Shown: piece by piece, positions 32,990-42,282 of the stretch
Layout of the letters: the number at the start of each line of letters is the position of its first letter
Position numbering within the stretch: the first letter of the stretch is position 1
Source: Acidimicrobiales bacterium
Lineage (GTDB): Bacteria; Actinomycetota; Acidimicrobiia; Acidimicrobiales; Bog-793
DNA length: 64,000 bases
NCBI GenBank assembly: GCA_050015175.1
Contig: JBEKBX010000015.1
Location: forward strand, 76,463 to 140,462
Direction of reading: 5' to 3'
Translations under genes and position numbers: made by a program
The notes under the pieces: generated by a model
Database searches by the model: none
Told to the model about the DNA's origin: nothing
Seen by the model: the letters and a program-made list of their open reading frames with translations, nothing else

Positions 32990-33517
32990 TCAATGTGGCC
33001 TCTCGCCGCTGATCAGGGCGAGCGCGTGCGGCAGCACGTCCACCACCGCGTCGAGGCATTCGAGCGACCCTTTTGTGGAGCCGGGGAGGTTGAGCACGAG
33101 CGAGGTCCCGAGTGTTCCCGCCACGGCGCGCGACAGCCTGCCCAGCGGGCTGGCGAGCCGCATCGCCTCGGCGAGGCCAGGTGCGGGACGGTCGAGCACC
33201 TGCGAGGTGCCCTCCGGAGTGAGGTCCCTCGGCCCGAAACCTGTGCCGCCCGTGGTCACGATCAACCCGGAGAAACCCTCGGCCAGCTCCGCGATCGCCG
33301 TGGCAACCGACTCGACCCCGTCTGCCACCACCCGCCGTTCCACCACTTCGTAGCCCTCGGCTGCCAGGCGCGCCGCGACCGCGGCGCCCGAGACGTCCTC
33401 GCGTGTACCGGCGACGACCCCGTCGGACACGGTGCACACCTTGGCCTGCAGCGGGTCGGCTGGACTGCTCCGGCCTGCAGCCGGGCCTCCCGGCAGACCC
33501 GTCTTCGACTCGCTCAT
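32990..33517 (-). CDS. MogA/MoaB-family molybdenum cofactor biosynthesis protein
   Basis: 'LIVTTGGTGFGPRDLTPEGT', 'NLPGSTKG'. ATG 33517 overlaps the rpe stop (ATGA). Confidence 0.8.
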   Translation of the reverse strand: MSESKTGLPGGPAAGRSSPADPLQAKVCTVSDGVVAGTREDVSGAAVAARLAAEGYEVVERRVVADGVESVATAIAELAEGFSGLIVTTGGTGFGPRDLTPEGTSQVLDRPAPGLAEAMRLASPLGRLSRAVAGTLGTSLVLNLPGSTKGSLECLDAVVDVLPHALALISGERPH

Positions 33518-34323
33518 CTGTCCGGCGGGATCGCCGCGGACGCCGCGGCGTGGATGCGGCGCACCATCTCGGCGGGGTCGGGGGAGTGGAACACGGCAGA
33601 GCCCGCCACGAAGCACCTCGCCCCCGCAAGGGCGGCAACCGGCGCCGTGCGTTCGTCGATGCCACCGTCGACCTGGAGCGTGACGTGAAGGCGCTCGCGC
33701 TCGGCCTGGGCCCGCGCCTCGATCAGTTTCGGCATGACGTCCGCGATGAACGACTGACTCCCGAAACCGGGATGCACCGTCATGATCAGCAACAGGTCCA
33801 CCAGGTGGAGATAGGGAGCGGCCGCCTCGTAGGGCGTCTCGGGGTTCACGACGAGACCCACGCCGAGGCCGAGTCGACGCATCTCGGCACACAAGGCCTC
33901 GGTCTCCCCCACCTCGACGTGCACCGAGCAGGAGTCCGCGCCGGCGTCACGGAACGCCTCGAGGTAATCCCCGGGATCGGTCATCATCAGGTGGCAGTCG
34001 AAGAACATCCCCGTGCGCCTCCTGATCGACGCGACGACCGGCGGCCCGACGGTGATGTTGGGGACGAAGTGGCCATCCATCACGTCGACGTGCAACCAGT
34101 CGGTCACGGCGGCGACTTTCGTGATCTCAGACCCCAGCGCGCCGAAGTCGGCCGACAAGATCGAGGGGGCGATCTTCAGCTCACCCTCCGTCAGCAAAGG
34201 AAGGCCAGAAGCGTGGGCCCGTTCGGCGGCTTCGACCACGGCTCCACGGTAGCCAACCGCATCGCGCCGGGCTGCTACCCGCCGAGACACTCGCCCGCCG
34301 TCGGCCGCGCGCCGCGTCGCCAC
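33514..34323 (-). CDS. rpe: Ribulose-phosphate 3-epimerase (start uncertain, probably downstream of 34323)
   Basis: 'IAPSILSADF', 'HVDVMDGHFVPN', 'MTVHPGFGSQSF'. Confidence 0.9.
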   Translation of the reverse strand: MATRRAADGGRVSRRVAARRDAVGYRGAVVEAAERAHASGLPLLTEGELKIAPSILSADFGALGSEITKVAAVTDWLHVDVMDGHFVPNITVGPPVVASIRRRTGMFFDCHLMMTDPGDYLEAFRDAGADSCSVHVEVGETEALCAEMRRLGLGVGLVVNPETPYEAAAPYLHLVDLLLIMTVHPGFGSQSFIADVMPKLIEARAQAERERLHVTLQVDGGIDERTAPVAALAGARCFVAGSAVFHSPDPAEMVRRIHAAASAAIPPDR

Positions 34324-35213
34324 GCGTCGAATGCCTGGGCCGCGCGCCCTTCGGGCCTGACTTCCAGCAGCTCGAGGCGGCCCTCGCCGCAGATCACCTG
34401 GTCACCGACCAGCGTGCCCGGCACCAGCCCGCCGAGCCGTTCCGCCCCGGCACCGCCGTCGTCCCGGTTGGGCCCCGTGTCGTCACAACGGGGTGGCCCG
34501 GCCGTTGCGACCCGGGCACGCTCGACTATCAGGCGCTTGCCCCGGAACGTCGTCCAGGCACGCCCGACCCGCACGAGCCGGTCGAGCTCGACGGCCGGGC
34601 GCTGCCAGGCGAGGCGTAGTTCGTCGCGGTCGATCTTGGCCGCGTACAGAGCCTCACCGGTCTGGGGCACGGGCGTCCCGAGGGTCGCGACCCCACCGGC
34701 GAGGCGCTCGAGGAGCAGCGCGGTGCCGAGTTCCGCAAGGCGCGCCCGGAGCCCGGCTGCAGTCTGGTCGGGGAGGATCGGGGCCTCCACGCGGGCATAG
34801 ACCGGACCTGTGTCGAGCCCCTCGTCGAGGGCCATGAGGCAGACGCCGGTTCTGTCGTCGCCGGCAAGGATGGCCCGTTCCACGGGCGCGGCACCACGCC
34901 AGCGCGGAAGGAGCGAGAAGTGCATGTTCACCATCGGCACGCGTCCGAGCACGTCGGCGCGAATCAGCGTCCCGAAGGCGACGACGACGCCGAGTTCGAC
35001 GTTCGCGTCGAGCACGTCGGCCACGCGGCTCGACACGTCGAGCCCGAGCTCGAGCGCGCACTTCTTCACAGGCGTCGGCGCAAGGGCGCTCCCGCGACCG
35101 CGGCGACGGTCGGGGGCGGTCACCACGAGCGCCACGACGTGGCCGGCATCGTGCAGGGCCCGCAGCGGACCGACGGCCACCTCCGGCGTGCCGAGAAAGG
35201 CGAGCCTTGTCAC
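34275..35213 (-). CDS. fmt: Methionyl-tRNA formyltransferase
   Basis: 'MTRLAFLGTPEVAV', 'VNMHFSLLPRWRGAAPVERAI'. Confidence 0.93.
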   Translation of the reverse strand: MTRLAFLGTPEVAVGPLRALHDAGHVVALVVTAPDRRRGRGSALAPTPVKKCALELGLDVSSRVADVLDANVELGVVVAFGTLIRADVLGRVPMVNMHFSLLPRWRGAAPVERAILAGDDRTGVCLMALDEGLDTGPVYARVEAPILPDQTAAGLRARLAELGTALLLERLAGGVATLGTPVPQTGEALYAAKIDRDELRLAWQRPAVELDRLVRVGRAWTTFRGKRLIVERARVATAGPPRCDDTGPNRDDGGAGAERLGGLVPGTLVGDQVICGEGRLELLEVRPEGRAAQAFDAWRRGARPTAGECLGG

Positions 35214-35237
35214 CGGCCGTGGCCCAAAGGCGCTGGG

Positions 35238-35753
35238 TCAGGCGTCGCGGCGGGACCCCGCGGATTCCGCGAAGGCACGGGCCCTGAGCACGCGCATGGC
35301 CTGTTTACGCTGGTCCTTCTCAAGGCGCTCGAGGAGCAATATTCCGTCGAGGTGGTCGAGCTCATGCTGCAAGACCCGTCCGAGCAGCTCGTCGCCTTCG
35401 ATCGAGAGCTCGTTTCCTTGGAGGTCGTGGCCCACGAGATGGACCTCCTTCGGCCGGACGATCGGCCAGTGCAGGTCGGGGACCGACAGGCAGCCCTCCT
35501 CGTACTCCCACTCACCGCGGGACTCGACTATCTCCGGATTGATCACCGTCACGGGGCCGTCGCCGACGTCGTAGACGAAGATCCGGCGCTCGATGCCGAC
35601 CTGTGGCGCTGCAAGTCCCACGCCCGGCGCGGCGTACATCGTCTCGAGCATCTCCTCGGAGAGGCGGGCGATCTTGGAGTCGATCGCCTCGATCTCCGCG
35701 GCGCGCTGGCGCAGCACGGGGTCGCCGAACACCCGGATGGGGAAGATGGCCAC
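35238..35753 (-). CDS. def: Peptide deformylase
   Basis: Three motifs: 'GVGLAAPQVG', 'EGCLSVP', 'QHELDHLDG'. Confidence 0.95.
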   Translation of the reverse strand: MAIFPIRVFGDPVLRQRAAEIEAIDSKIARLSEEMLETMYAAPGVGLAAPQVGIERRIFVYDVGDGPVTVINPEIVESRGEWEYEEGCLSVPDLHWPIVRPKEVHLVGHDLQGNELSIEGDELLGRVLQHELDHLDGILLLERLEKDQRKQAMRVLRARAFAESAGSRRDA

Positions 35754-35840
35754 CGCGCAACTTTACCTGCGCGCGACCGAGAATCTGCTCCTCCACAAGG
35801 GGCCCGTCGCGCGGCGTGCACACCCGCGCTGGGTCACACC

Positions 35841-36659
35841 TCAGCCGAAACGAACCCGGACGACCTCGCCAATCTCGCCCTGGAACGCCGGCCGGCCCGC
35901 AGGCACGCCGACCGCCGAGATCTCGACACGCTGCGGTCCTTTTCCGTCGCGACCGGGCACTACCAATCGAGCCGTGACGCTCTCGCCCGCGTCGCCGAGC
36001 GCGAAGCCCGGGTACTCGCCTGGTGGCGGCAGGAGGATCTCGCCGGGGACTTCGACGGCTAAACGGCCGTTCTCCCCCGGCTCAGTTTCCCCGCTGTCGA
36101 CGACAAGCCCGCGCACCTCGTGCGGTCGCCCGAGCAGCGTCGCCGCCTCTGCCAGCTCACCTTTGGCGATCAGCCCCCGGATCCGCGTCGATGACACGAC
36201 CTCATGGACGCGCTCGTCCGAGACGAGGTGCACCGGTTCCACCGAGAACCCCGCCTCCTCCCCCATCGCCTGCAGTAACGCGACGTTGCCCCGTCGTTGG
36301 TGGCCGAAATGGAAGTCGTCGCCGACGACGACAACCCGCGCCGAGAGCTCGGCCACGAGCACTTCAGCCACGAAGTCCTCCGCCCTCTCCTTGGCTCGCT
36401 CGGCGTCGAACTCGATGACGAGGATATGGTCGACGCCGGTCCCGGCCAAGAGCTCGAGCTTGAGGTCGATGTCGGTGAGCCGGGGCGGGGCCGCCGCCGG
36501 GTTGACCACAGCGGCAGGGTTCTTGTCGAAAGTAACGACGACGCTGCGAAGCCCCCCAGTGGTCGCCCGGCGACGGACGTGTTCGATCACCTGGCGGTGG
36601 CCTATGTGGACCCCGTCATAGGCCCCGATGGTCACGGCGCTGCCGTTGTCGTGTCGCAC
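35841..36659 (-). CDS. ribF: Riboflavin kinase / FAD synthetase
   Basis: 'VTIGAYDGVHIGHRQV' nucleotidyltransferase motif. The C-terminal kinase-like part is short and divergent. Confidence 0.85.
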   Translation of the reverse strand: MRHDNGSAVTIGAYDGVHIGHRQVIEHVRRRATTGGLRSVVVTFDKNPAAVVNPAAAPPRLTDIDLKLELLAGTGVDHILVIEFDAERAKERAEDFVAEVLVAELSARVVVVGDDFHFGHQRRGNVALLQAMGEEAGFSVEPVHLVSDERVHEVVSSTRIRGLIAKGELAEAATLLGRPHEVRGLVVDSGETEPGENGRLAVEVPGEILLPPPGEYPGFALGDAGESVTARLVVPGRDGKGPQRVEISAVGVPAGRPAFQGEIGEVVRVRFG

Positions 36660-36671
36660 CGCGGACGGAGG

Positions 36672-37634
36672 CTACTCGTGGCTCGTGGCTGACCCGATGC
36701 CAGCGCGAACGCCGTCAGCGGTCTGGACGACGACAACGGGCCTCACGCGTTCGTGCCCGACCGGCCCGCAGATGGCCACGAGCCTGCCGGACTCGTCGAG
36801 CACCGCCCAAGGGCCGTCACCGACGACGCCGAGAGCGAGTCGCTCGACGATCCTGCCGTGGCCGAGCGCCCGAGCGAGCTCGGGGTTCACAACCGCGCCG
36901 GGCAGGTCCCGCACGAGCTCTTCGAGCGGACGGATCCGCTCGGGCGCCACCGCCTCGAGCGTCAGGGCTTCAATGTCGCTGAACGACCCGATCGACACCC
37001 TGCGCAGGACCCTGAGGTGGGCGCCGCCGCCGAGCCTCGTTCCGAGATCGGCCGCGAGCACACGCACGTAGGTGCCGGAAGAGCATTCCACGAGGATCCG
37101 GTAGCAGTCGGACTCGCCAGTTTCGAAGACCTCGAAACGGAAGACTTCGACACCCCGGGGGGGCCGCGCCACCTCGATCCCCTCGCGGGCGAGTTCGTGC
37201 AGTCGGCGCCCGCCCACCTTGACCGCCGAGACCATTGGCGGGACCTGCTCGATCCGGCCGGTCAGCGAGCGCGCCGCTTCTCGTACCTCCGCCAGAGCGA
37301 CACCTCGCATCTCGAAGTGCCCGGTCACTTCTCCCGAGGCGTCCAGAGTCGTGGTGGTCACGCCGAGCACGATCTCGCCGACGTAGGTCTTCGGCAGCGC
37401 CGTCGCGAAACGCAACAGTCGCGTCCCCTTCCCGACCCCGACGATGAGGACCCCGGTGGCGTCGGGGTCGAGCGTCCCGGCATGGCCGACCTTCCGTGTG
37501 CCGAGAAGGCGGCGGCAACGGGCGACGACGTCATGCGACGTCCAACCGGCCTGCTTGTCGACGACGATGAAGCCGCCCGGGTCGTCGATCCCCCGGCCGG
37601 GCGTCTCGGGCCGCCCGAGCTCGTCAGGACCCAT
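36672..37634 (-). CDS. truB: tRNA pseudouridine(55) synthase
   Basis: 'GFIVVDKQAGWTSHDVV' and 'KVGHAGTLDPDATGVL'. Confidence 0.9.
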   Translation of the reverse strand: MGPDELGRPETPGRGIDDPGGFIVVDKQAGWTSHDVVARCRRLLGTRKVGHAGTLDPDATGVLIVGVGKGTRLLRFATALPKTYVGEIVLGVTTTTLDASGEVTGHFEMRGVALAEVREAARSLTGRIEQVPPMVSAVKVGGRRLHELAREGIEVARPPRGVEVFRFEVFETGESDCYRILVECSSGTYVRVLAADLGTRLGGGAHLRVLRRVSIGSFSDIEALTLEAVAPERIRPLEELVRDLPGAVVNPELARALGHGRIVERLALGVVGDGPWAVLDESGRLVAICGPVGHERVRPVVVVQTADGVRAGIGSATSHE

Positions 37635-37917
37635 CGTGCCGGGCACGACGCAGTGCCTCCTCCACGCGCTCGCCTGCGGCAACAGCGGGGTCGGCGACGA
37701 AGCTCAGCGTCGGCGTCCGCTTCAGCCTCACCTCGCGTGCAATGGCCGTTTGGAGATCACCTCGCCGCGCTTGGAGCGCGGCGAGGGCGCCCTCGGGCAA
37801 GGAGGCCATGTAGACGGTGGCGTGGCGAAGGTCCGGATCCACGCTCACGCCGGTCACCGTCAGCAACGCCAGGCGGTCGTCGTCATCGCGGAGCCGCTCG
37901 AGGGCATCGCCCAGCAC
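37624..37917 (-). CDS. rbfA: Ribosome-binding factor A (true start unresolved, see findings)
   Basis: 'LLTVTGVSVDPDLRHATVYM' and 'LKRTPTLSFVADP'. Conserved N-terminal helix residues continue upstream of GTG 37917. Confidence 0.8.
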   Translation of the reverse strand: MLGDALERLRDDDDRLALLTVTGVSVDPDLRHATVYMASLPEGALAALQARRGDLQTAIAREVRLKRTPTLSFVADPAVAAGERVEEALRRARHDGS

Positions 37918-37984
37918 TTGGACGAGGACGGCGTTGACACGCGCGGCCCGCGGATAGCCAGCCGACGAACGACGATCGTGTTGC

Positions 37985-40900
37985 CTAGCTACGGGGGATC
38001 TCCCGTTCCTCGTAGGTTTCGATCACGTCGCCCTCCTTCAGGTCCTGGAAGTCGGTGAGACCTATTCCGCATTCGAAGCCTGCCTGAACCTCTCTGACGT
38101 CGTCCTTGAAGCGGCGCAACGAAGAGATCGCTCCCTTCCAGATGACCACGCCTTCGCGGAGGAACCGGACCTTGGAGCCCCGCGCTATCGCACCGTTGGT
38201 GACGTAGCAGCCCGCGACTGCTCCCACCCTCGGGACCCGGAAGACGGCGCGCACCTCGGCATCGCCGGTGACGATCTCCTCGATCTCGGGGGCGAGCATC
38301 CCGACCATGGCCGCCTGCACGTCCTCGATGAGCTTGTAGATGATCTCGTAGGTGCGGATCTCCACCTTGTGGCTCTCGGCCAGCTCGCGGGCCCTGCGAT
38401 CGGGCCGGACGTTGAAACCGATGATCGTCGCGCCCGACGCCGCAGCGATGGTCACGTCGCTCTCGGAGATGCCGCCCACGGCACGATGCACGAAGGACAC
38501 TTTCACGTCGTCGCGCTCGAGCTTGAGAAGGCTCTGGGTCACCGCTTCGAGCGAACCCTGTACGTCGGCCTTCAAGACCAGGGTGAGCGTCGCGGTCTCG
38601 CCCTTGCGGATCGCCTCGAAGAGGTCCTCGAGCTTCGCCCCCGGGCTTGTGGACAGGGTCGACGCCTGCGCGAGCGTCGTGAAGCGAAGCCGTTGTTCGC
38701 GGGCGTCGCCCACCGTCCTCGCTATCGAAAGGTCCGAGGTGACCCGGAGCTCGTCGCCGGCTATCGGGGGCTCCGACAGCCCGAGCACCTGCACCGGCAT
38801 GGAAGGGAAGGCTTCTTTGATCTGGTCGCCGCGGTCGTTTATCAAAGCCTTCACGCGGCCCCATGCGGCCCCGGCCACGATCGGCTCCCCGACGCGCAAC
38901 GTCCCGCGCTGCACGATGATCGTCGCTACCGGCCCGCGGCCGATGTCGAGGTTCGACTCGAGCACGACGCCTCTCGCGTCGACTTCGGTGTCGGCACCCA
39001 GCTCGAGCACCTCGGCGAGCACGACGAGCTGCTCGAGGAGCTCGTCGATGCCGAAGGACTGAAGAGCCGAGATCTCGACGGTGATCGTGTCGCCGCCCCA
39101 GGCCTCCGGCACGAGCCCGTGCTCGGACAGCTGCTGCAGCACCCGGTTGGGGTCCGCGTCCGCCTTGTCGATCTTGTTGATCGCGGCCACGATCGGGACC
39201 TTCGCTGCCTTCGCGTGGTTGATCGCCTCCACCGTCTGGGGCATCACACCGTCGTCGGCAGCGACGACCAGCACCACGATGTCGGTGACGCTCGCTCCCC
39301 TCGCGCGCATGGCCGTAAAGGCCTCGTGGCCGGGGGTGTCGATGAAAGTCAACAACTGGCCGTGCCACTCGACCTGGTAGGCACCAATGTGCTGGGTGAT
39401 CCCGCCGGCTTCGCCTGCGATCACGTTCGAGTGACGGATCCGGTCCAACAGCAGCGTCTTGCCGTGGTCGACGTGGCCCATGACGGTGATGACGGGAGGT
39501 CGCACCGGCAGCTCCTCGTCCTCGTCCTCGATGTCCTCACCACCGAAGAACCTGGCCCGGAGGGCGGCCTCCTGCTCTTCGCCGGGATCGACCAATCGGA
39601 TCTGCGCGCCGATCTCCGCGGCAAAAAGCCCGATCATGTCGTCGGTAAGCGGTTGCGTCGCCGTGACCATCTCACCCTGGAGGAGGAGAAAACGCACGAC
39701 GTCGCCGGCAGAGCGGTTGAGCCGCGGGCCGAGCTGTTGAGGTGTGGAACCGCGCTCAACGATCACCTCGTGGTCGGGAACCGGAGCGCTCGACGCCAGG
39801 TAGGTCGCTATCTGGACCGGCTCGAGCTCCTCCATGTTGCGACGCCGACGGCGTGGCCTGCGTTGGGGCGGACGCCCCCTGCCGACGGGGCCGCCTCGCG
39901 CTGCACCCGTTGGACCACCAGGCGTATAGCCGCCACCGCGGGCGCCAGGGGCTCCTCCGCCTCCGTAGCCGCCGCCGGTGGGGCGCCCGCCGTCCCGCGG
40001 CGGGAAGTGACCAGGAGAGCGCGGGAAGCCGGTGCCCGATCCGGGCCGCGGGCTCACTTGACGCCCGGCCGGCGGCCGAGAACCGACAGCACCAGGACGT
40101 GTCGGGTTCATCCCCGGGCGCGCGCCCGGGGCAACGGGACGCGTTCCCGGGGCGGGCGGGCGCGAGCCCGTACCGCCCGGCGGCAGCGGACGCCGCGATC
40201 CGGGCGGTGGTGGAATCGGACGACCCGAGATCGACCGCGGTCCGGGAGGTGGAGGGATCGGCTTGCCTGAAGGGCTGACCGGTCGCGGCGCGCCCACCTT
40301 GTGATTGCCACCGGGTGCCAGGGGAACGGCCGTCGGTGACGAAGAGGTGGAAACCGTCCCCTCCTGGGGCGGAGAGACCGGGACGACCGTGGCAGCTGCG
40401 ACCGCCGCGCCGGGCACTGACGGCGCGGCTGGTGCGACCGAAGCCGGTGGGGCCGACGGCGGCACCGGAGCGCGGGGCGCGAGGGGAGACGGCGCGGGCC
40501 CTGGACGCTGGCCACCGGCTGCCGACCCGGGCCTCGCAGTCCCCGGGGGGGCCGCCGACCTGGGCGCGCCAGCAGGAGGCGTGACGAGCGGGCGCGCAAT
40601 GACGGTCCGTGGCGCATCGATGGTCTCGCTTGTCGACTTGCTCACCACCAGGCGTTGACCCGGGCGTGGCTCGTGGATCTGCGCGACGGCTTCGGCCTCC
40701 GGCAGGAAAACGTCGCTGACGCCTGAGGTGATCGGCTCGGGTGTGGGCGCAGGCGGCGCGGCACCAGGTCGCTCGCCTACGGGCACGCTCGCGCTGCGCT
40801 GGGACACGCCCGCCCCTCTCGGTCTCGCGCCTGCGACCGAGCTCGTTGCAGGTGCCGCAGCCGGCTCCTCGGGTTGAACGGCGCGACGCAGCCCTTCACG

Positions 40901-41056
40901 GTCGGCCTTCCGCCGGGCGCGGTCGGCTTGCGCGTCTTCGATCGACGACGAGTGGCTCTTCACACCGATCCCGAGATCGATGCAAATGTCCAGGGCTTCC
41001 TTGTTTGTCAGCCCCAGCTCACGGGCAAGCTCGTAGACGCGGATTTTCTTGGGCAA
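37985..41056 (-). CDS. infB: Translation initiation factor IF-2
   Basis: TTG start with GGAGAGGA 12 nt upstream. Pro/Gly-rich N-terminal region. G-domain '[17 protein letters not shown]', 'DTPGHEAF', 'NKIDK'. Confidence 0.97.
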   Translation of the reverse strand: MPKKIRVYELARELGLTNKEALDICIDLGIGVKSHSSSIEDAQADRARRKADREGLRRAVQPEEPAAAPATSSVAGARPRGAGVSQRSASVPVGERPGAAPPAPTPEPITSGVSDVFLPEAEAVAQIHEPRPGQRLVVSKSTSETIDAPRTVIARPLVTPPAGAPRSAAPPGTARPGSAAGGQRPGPAPSPLAPRAPVPPSAPPASVAPAAPSVPGAAVAAATVVPVSPPQEGTVSTSSSPTAVPLAPGGNHKVGAPRPVSPSGKPIPPPPGPRSISGRPIPPPPGSRRPLPPGGTGSRPPAPGTRPVAPGARPGMNPTRPGAVGSRPPAGRQVSPRPGSGTGFPRSPGHFPPRDGGRPTGGGYGGGGAPGARGGGYTPGGPTGAARGGPVGRGRPPQRRPRRRRRNMEELEPVQIATYLASSAPVPDHEVIVERGSTPQQLGPRLNRSAGDVVRFLLLQGEMVTATQPLTDDMIGLFAAEIGAQIRLVDPGEEQEAALRARFFGGEDIEDEDEELPVRPPVITVMGHVDHGKTLLLDRIRHSNVIAGEAGGITQHIGAYQVEWHGQLLTFIDTPGHEAFTAMRARGASVTDIVVLVVAADDGVMPQTVEAINHAKAAKVPIVAAINKIDKADADPNRVLQQLSEHGLVPEAWGGDTITVEISALQSFGIDELLEQLVVLAEVLELGADTEVDARGVVLESNLDIGRGPVATIIVQRGTLRVGEPIVAGAAWGRVKALINDRGDQIKEAFPSMPVQVLGLSEPPIAGDELRVTSDLSIARTVGDAREQRLRFTTLAQASTLSTSPGAKLEDLFEAIRKGETATLTLVLKADVQGSLEAVTQSLLKLERDDVKVSFVHRAVGGISESDVTIAAASGATIIGFNVRPDRRARELAESHKVEIRTYEIIYKLIEDVQAAMVGMLAPEIEEIVTGDAEVRAVFRVPRVGAVAGCYVTNGAIARGSKVRFLREGVVIWKGAISSLRRFKDDVREVQAGFECGIGLTDFQDLKEGDVIETYEEREIPRS

Positions 41057-41311
41057 CTGGTGGTTCGGTCCTCTCCGATCGAGGGGCAGCGCAGCGTTCG
41101 GGATCCCGAGCCTGACGCGGCCTTACATTCTCACACAACGCCGCTGGCTCGTACACCCGTGCACGCATTCTAGGCCCTAGTCCACGATTGCCGAGTCGTC
41201 CGCCAACGCGCGTCGAGAGCGCGGCATCACTGCCGAAGTACCGGAGAATCTGCGCAAACCGGTGTCGGCCGTCATGCCTGGCCCGTCTCCTCGGCGTCAC
41301 TGCGGACTACA

Positions 41312-41962
41312 TTGCGGGCGGTGCAACTGTCGTTCGGCTTCCGGGAGGGCGAAGCACTGGTGGCAGTCGAACGGGCGAACGGCGGAGAGCTGGCTCCGCT
41401 CCTGCAGGTGCTGTGGACTCTGCACGGCCTCACGCCGGCCCGGTCGAGGCCGAGCCCCGCCGAGTTCGCCGCCTCGGCGACTCTGTTGATCGACCTCGGC
41501 GTCGTCGAGTACGTCGACGACCAGCTCGGCCTCACGCCTGAGGGGCGCAAGCTGCTGCGACGATCCGGCATGCGCAACGATCCGCGGCACGTGGCGCTCG
41601 TCACCGAGCTGCTGCAGGAGTTCGACGGGGAGGACTACGAACCCGAGGGACCGCCGGCCGCGCCGACGGAGGAAGATGTTCGCCAGGCCCTCAGCGATGG
41701 GGACCTCATCCAGGGCACTGAGGGTGGCGCCGGCACGCCGGTCATCGACGAGCACTACTCGCCGATCCTCGGTCTCGGCTCGCCCGGCTTCGTCATCGCG
41801 TCGCACCCGGTGCCGGCCGTCCCGCCCGGCGACGCCGGCTACGCACCGGAACCGCCCGAGTCCCTCCGGTTTACGGGATCGCCGGCACACCCTTTCCTCG
41901 ACCGCCTGTTCGGCCGCGGGCGGCGAGACCACAGCGGGCGCGAGAGCGCGGGCGGCAGTTGA
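41312..41962 (+). CDS. Hypothetical acidic protein on the opposite strand between ylxR and infB
   Basis: The plus frame shows strong third-position G/C bias and a plausible composition. The antisense 211-aa ORF is Arg-rich shadow-like. No family recognised. Confidence 0.45.
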   Translation: MRAVQLSFGFREGEALVAVERANGGELAPLLQVLWTLHGLTPARSRPSPAEFAASATLLIDLGVVEYVDDQLGLTPEGRKLLRRSGMRNDPRHVALVTELLQEFDGEDYEPEGPPAAPTEEDVRQALSDGDLIQGTEGGAGTPVIDEHYSPILGLGSPGFVIASHPVPAVPPGDAGYAPEPPESLRFTGSPAHPFLDRLFGRGRRDHSGRESAGGS

Positions 41963-41979
41963 GCCGGTGCCGGGGAACG

Positions 41980-42282
41980 CTATCGGGGGGTCTTCCCGGG
42001 CGGTCGCCGGGAAGCCGACCGCGCGGAGCTTGACTCGGACCTCAGCTCCGCTCGCAACCGGTCAACGGCTTCCGGCCTGATGGCATGGCGCAGGGCTCTC
42101 GAAAACGCGCCACGCCGGTCCGCTAGCTCTACACATCCGGGCGCGTCACGGCAGAGCCATGCGCCGCGGCCGTCGAGGCCAGTGCCGACGCGAAGCGCTC
42201 CTTCGCCGGCATGAACAACGCGCACGAGCTCGGACACCGGCGCCACGCGGCGACATCCGATGCAGGTGCGGAGCGGAGTCGT
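41980..42282 (-). CDS. ylxR: YlxR/DUF448-family RNA-binding protein (proposed ACG start)
   Basis: 'RTCIGCRRVAPVSELVRVV...GRGAWLC...AFSRAL'. The signature begins upstream of the first canonical start (GTG 42246). Confidence 0.75.
   Translation of the reverse strand, partial: TTPLRTCIGCRRVAPVSELVRVVHAGEGALRVGTGLDGRGAWLCRDAPGCVELADRRGAFSRALRHAIRPEAVDRLRAELRSESSSARSASRRPPGKTPR

Noticed and set aside
31896-33665. 589-aa track ORF (also 426-aa 29092-30372 and 363-aa 12774-13865) as full-length genes
   Set aside because: The N-terminal extensions are Arg-rich and overlap neighbouring genes. Family-consistent N-termini with SD or coupling signals give ribD from 32954, hisG from 29967 and fliC from 13595.
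41297-41932. 211-aa minus-strand ORF between infB and ylxR, which would keep the operon co-directional
   Set aside because: Its Arg-rich composition looks like a shadow of the plus-strand ORF, which has the better codon bias. This call remains only moderately confident.
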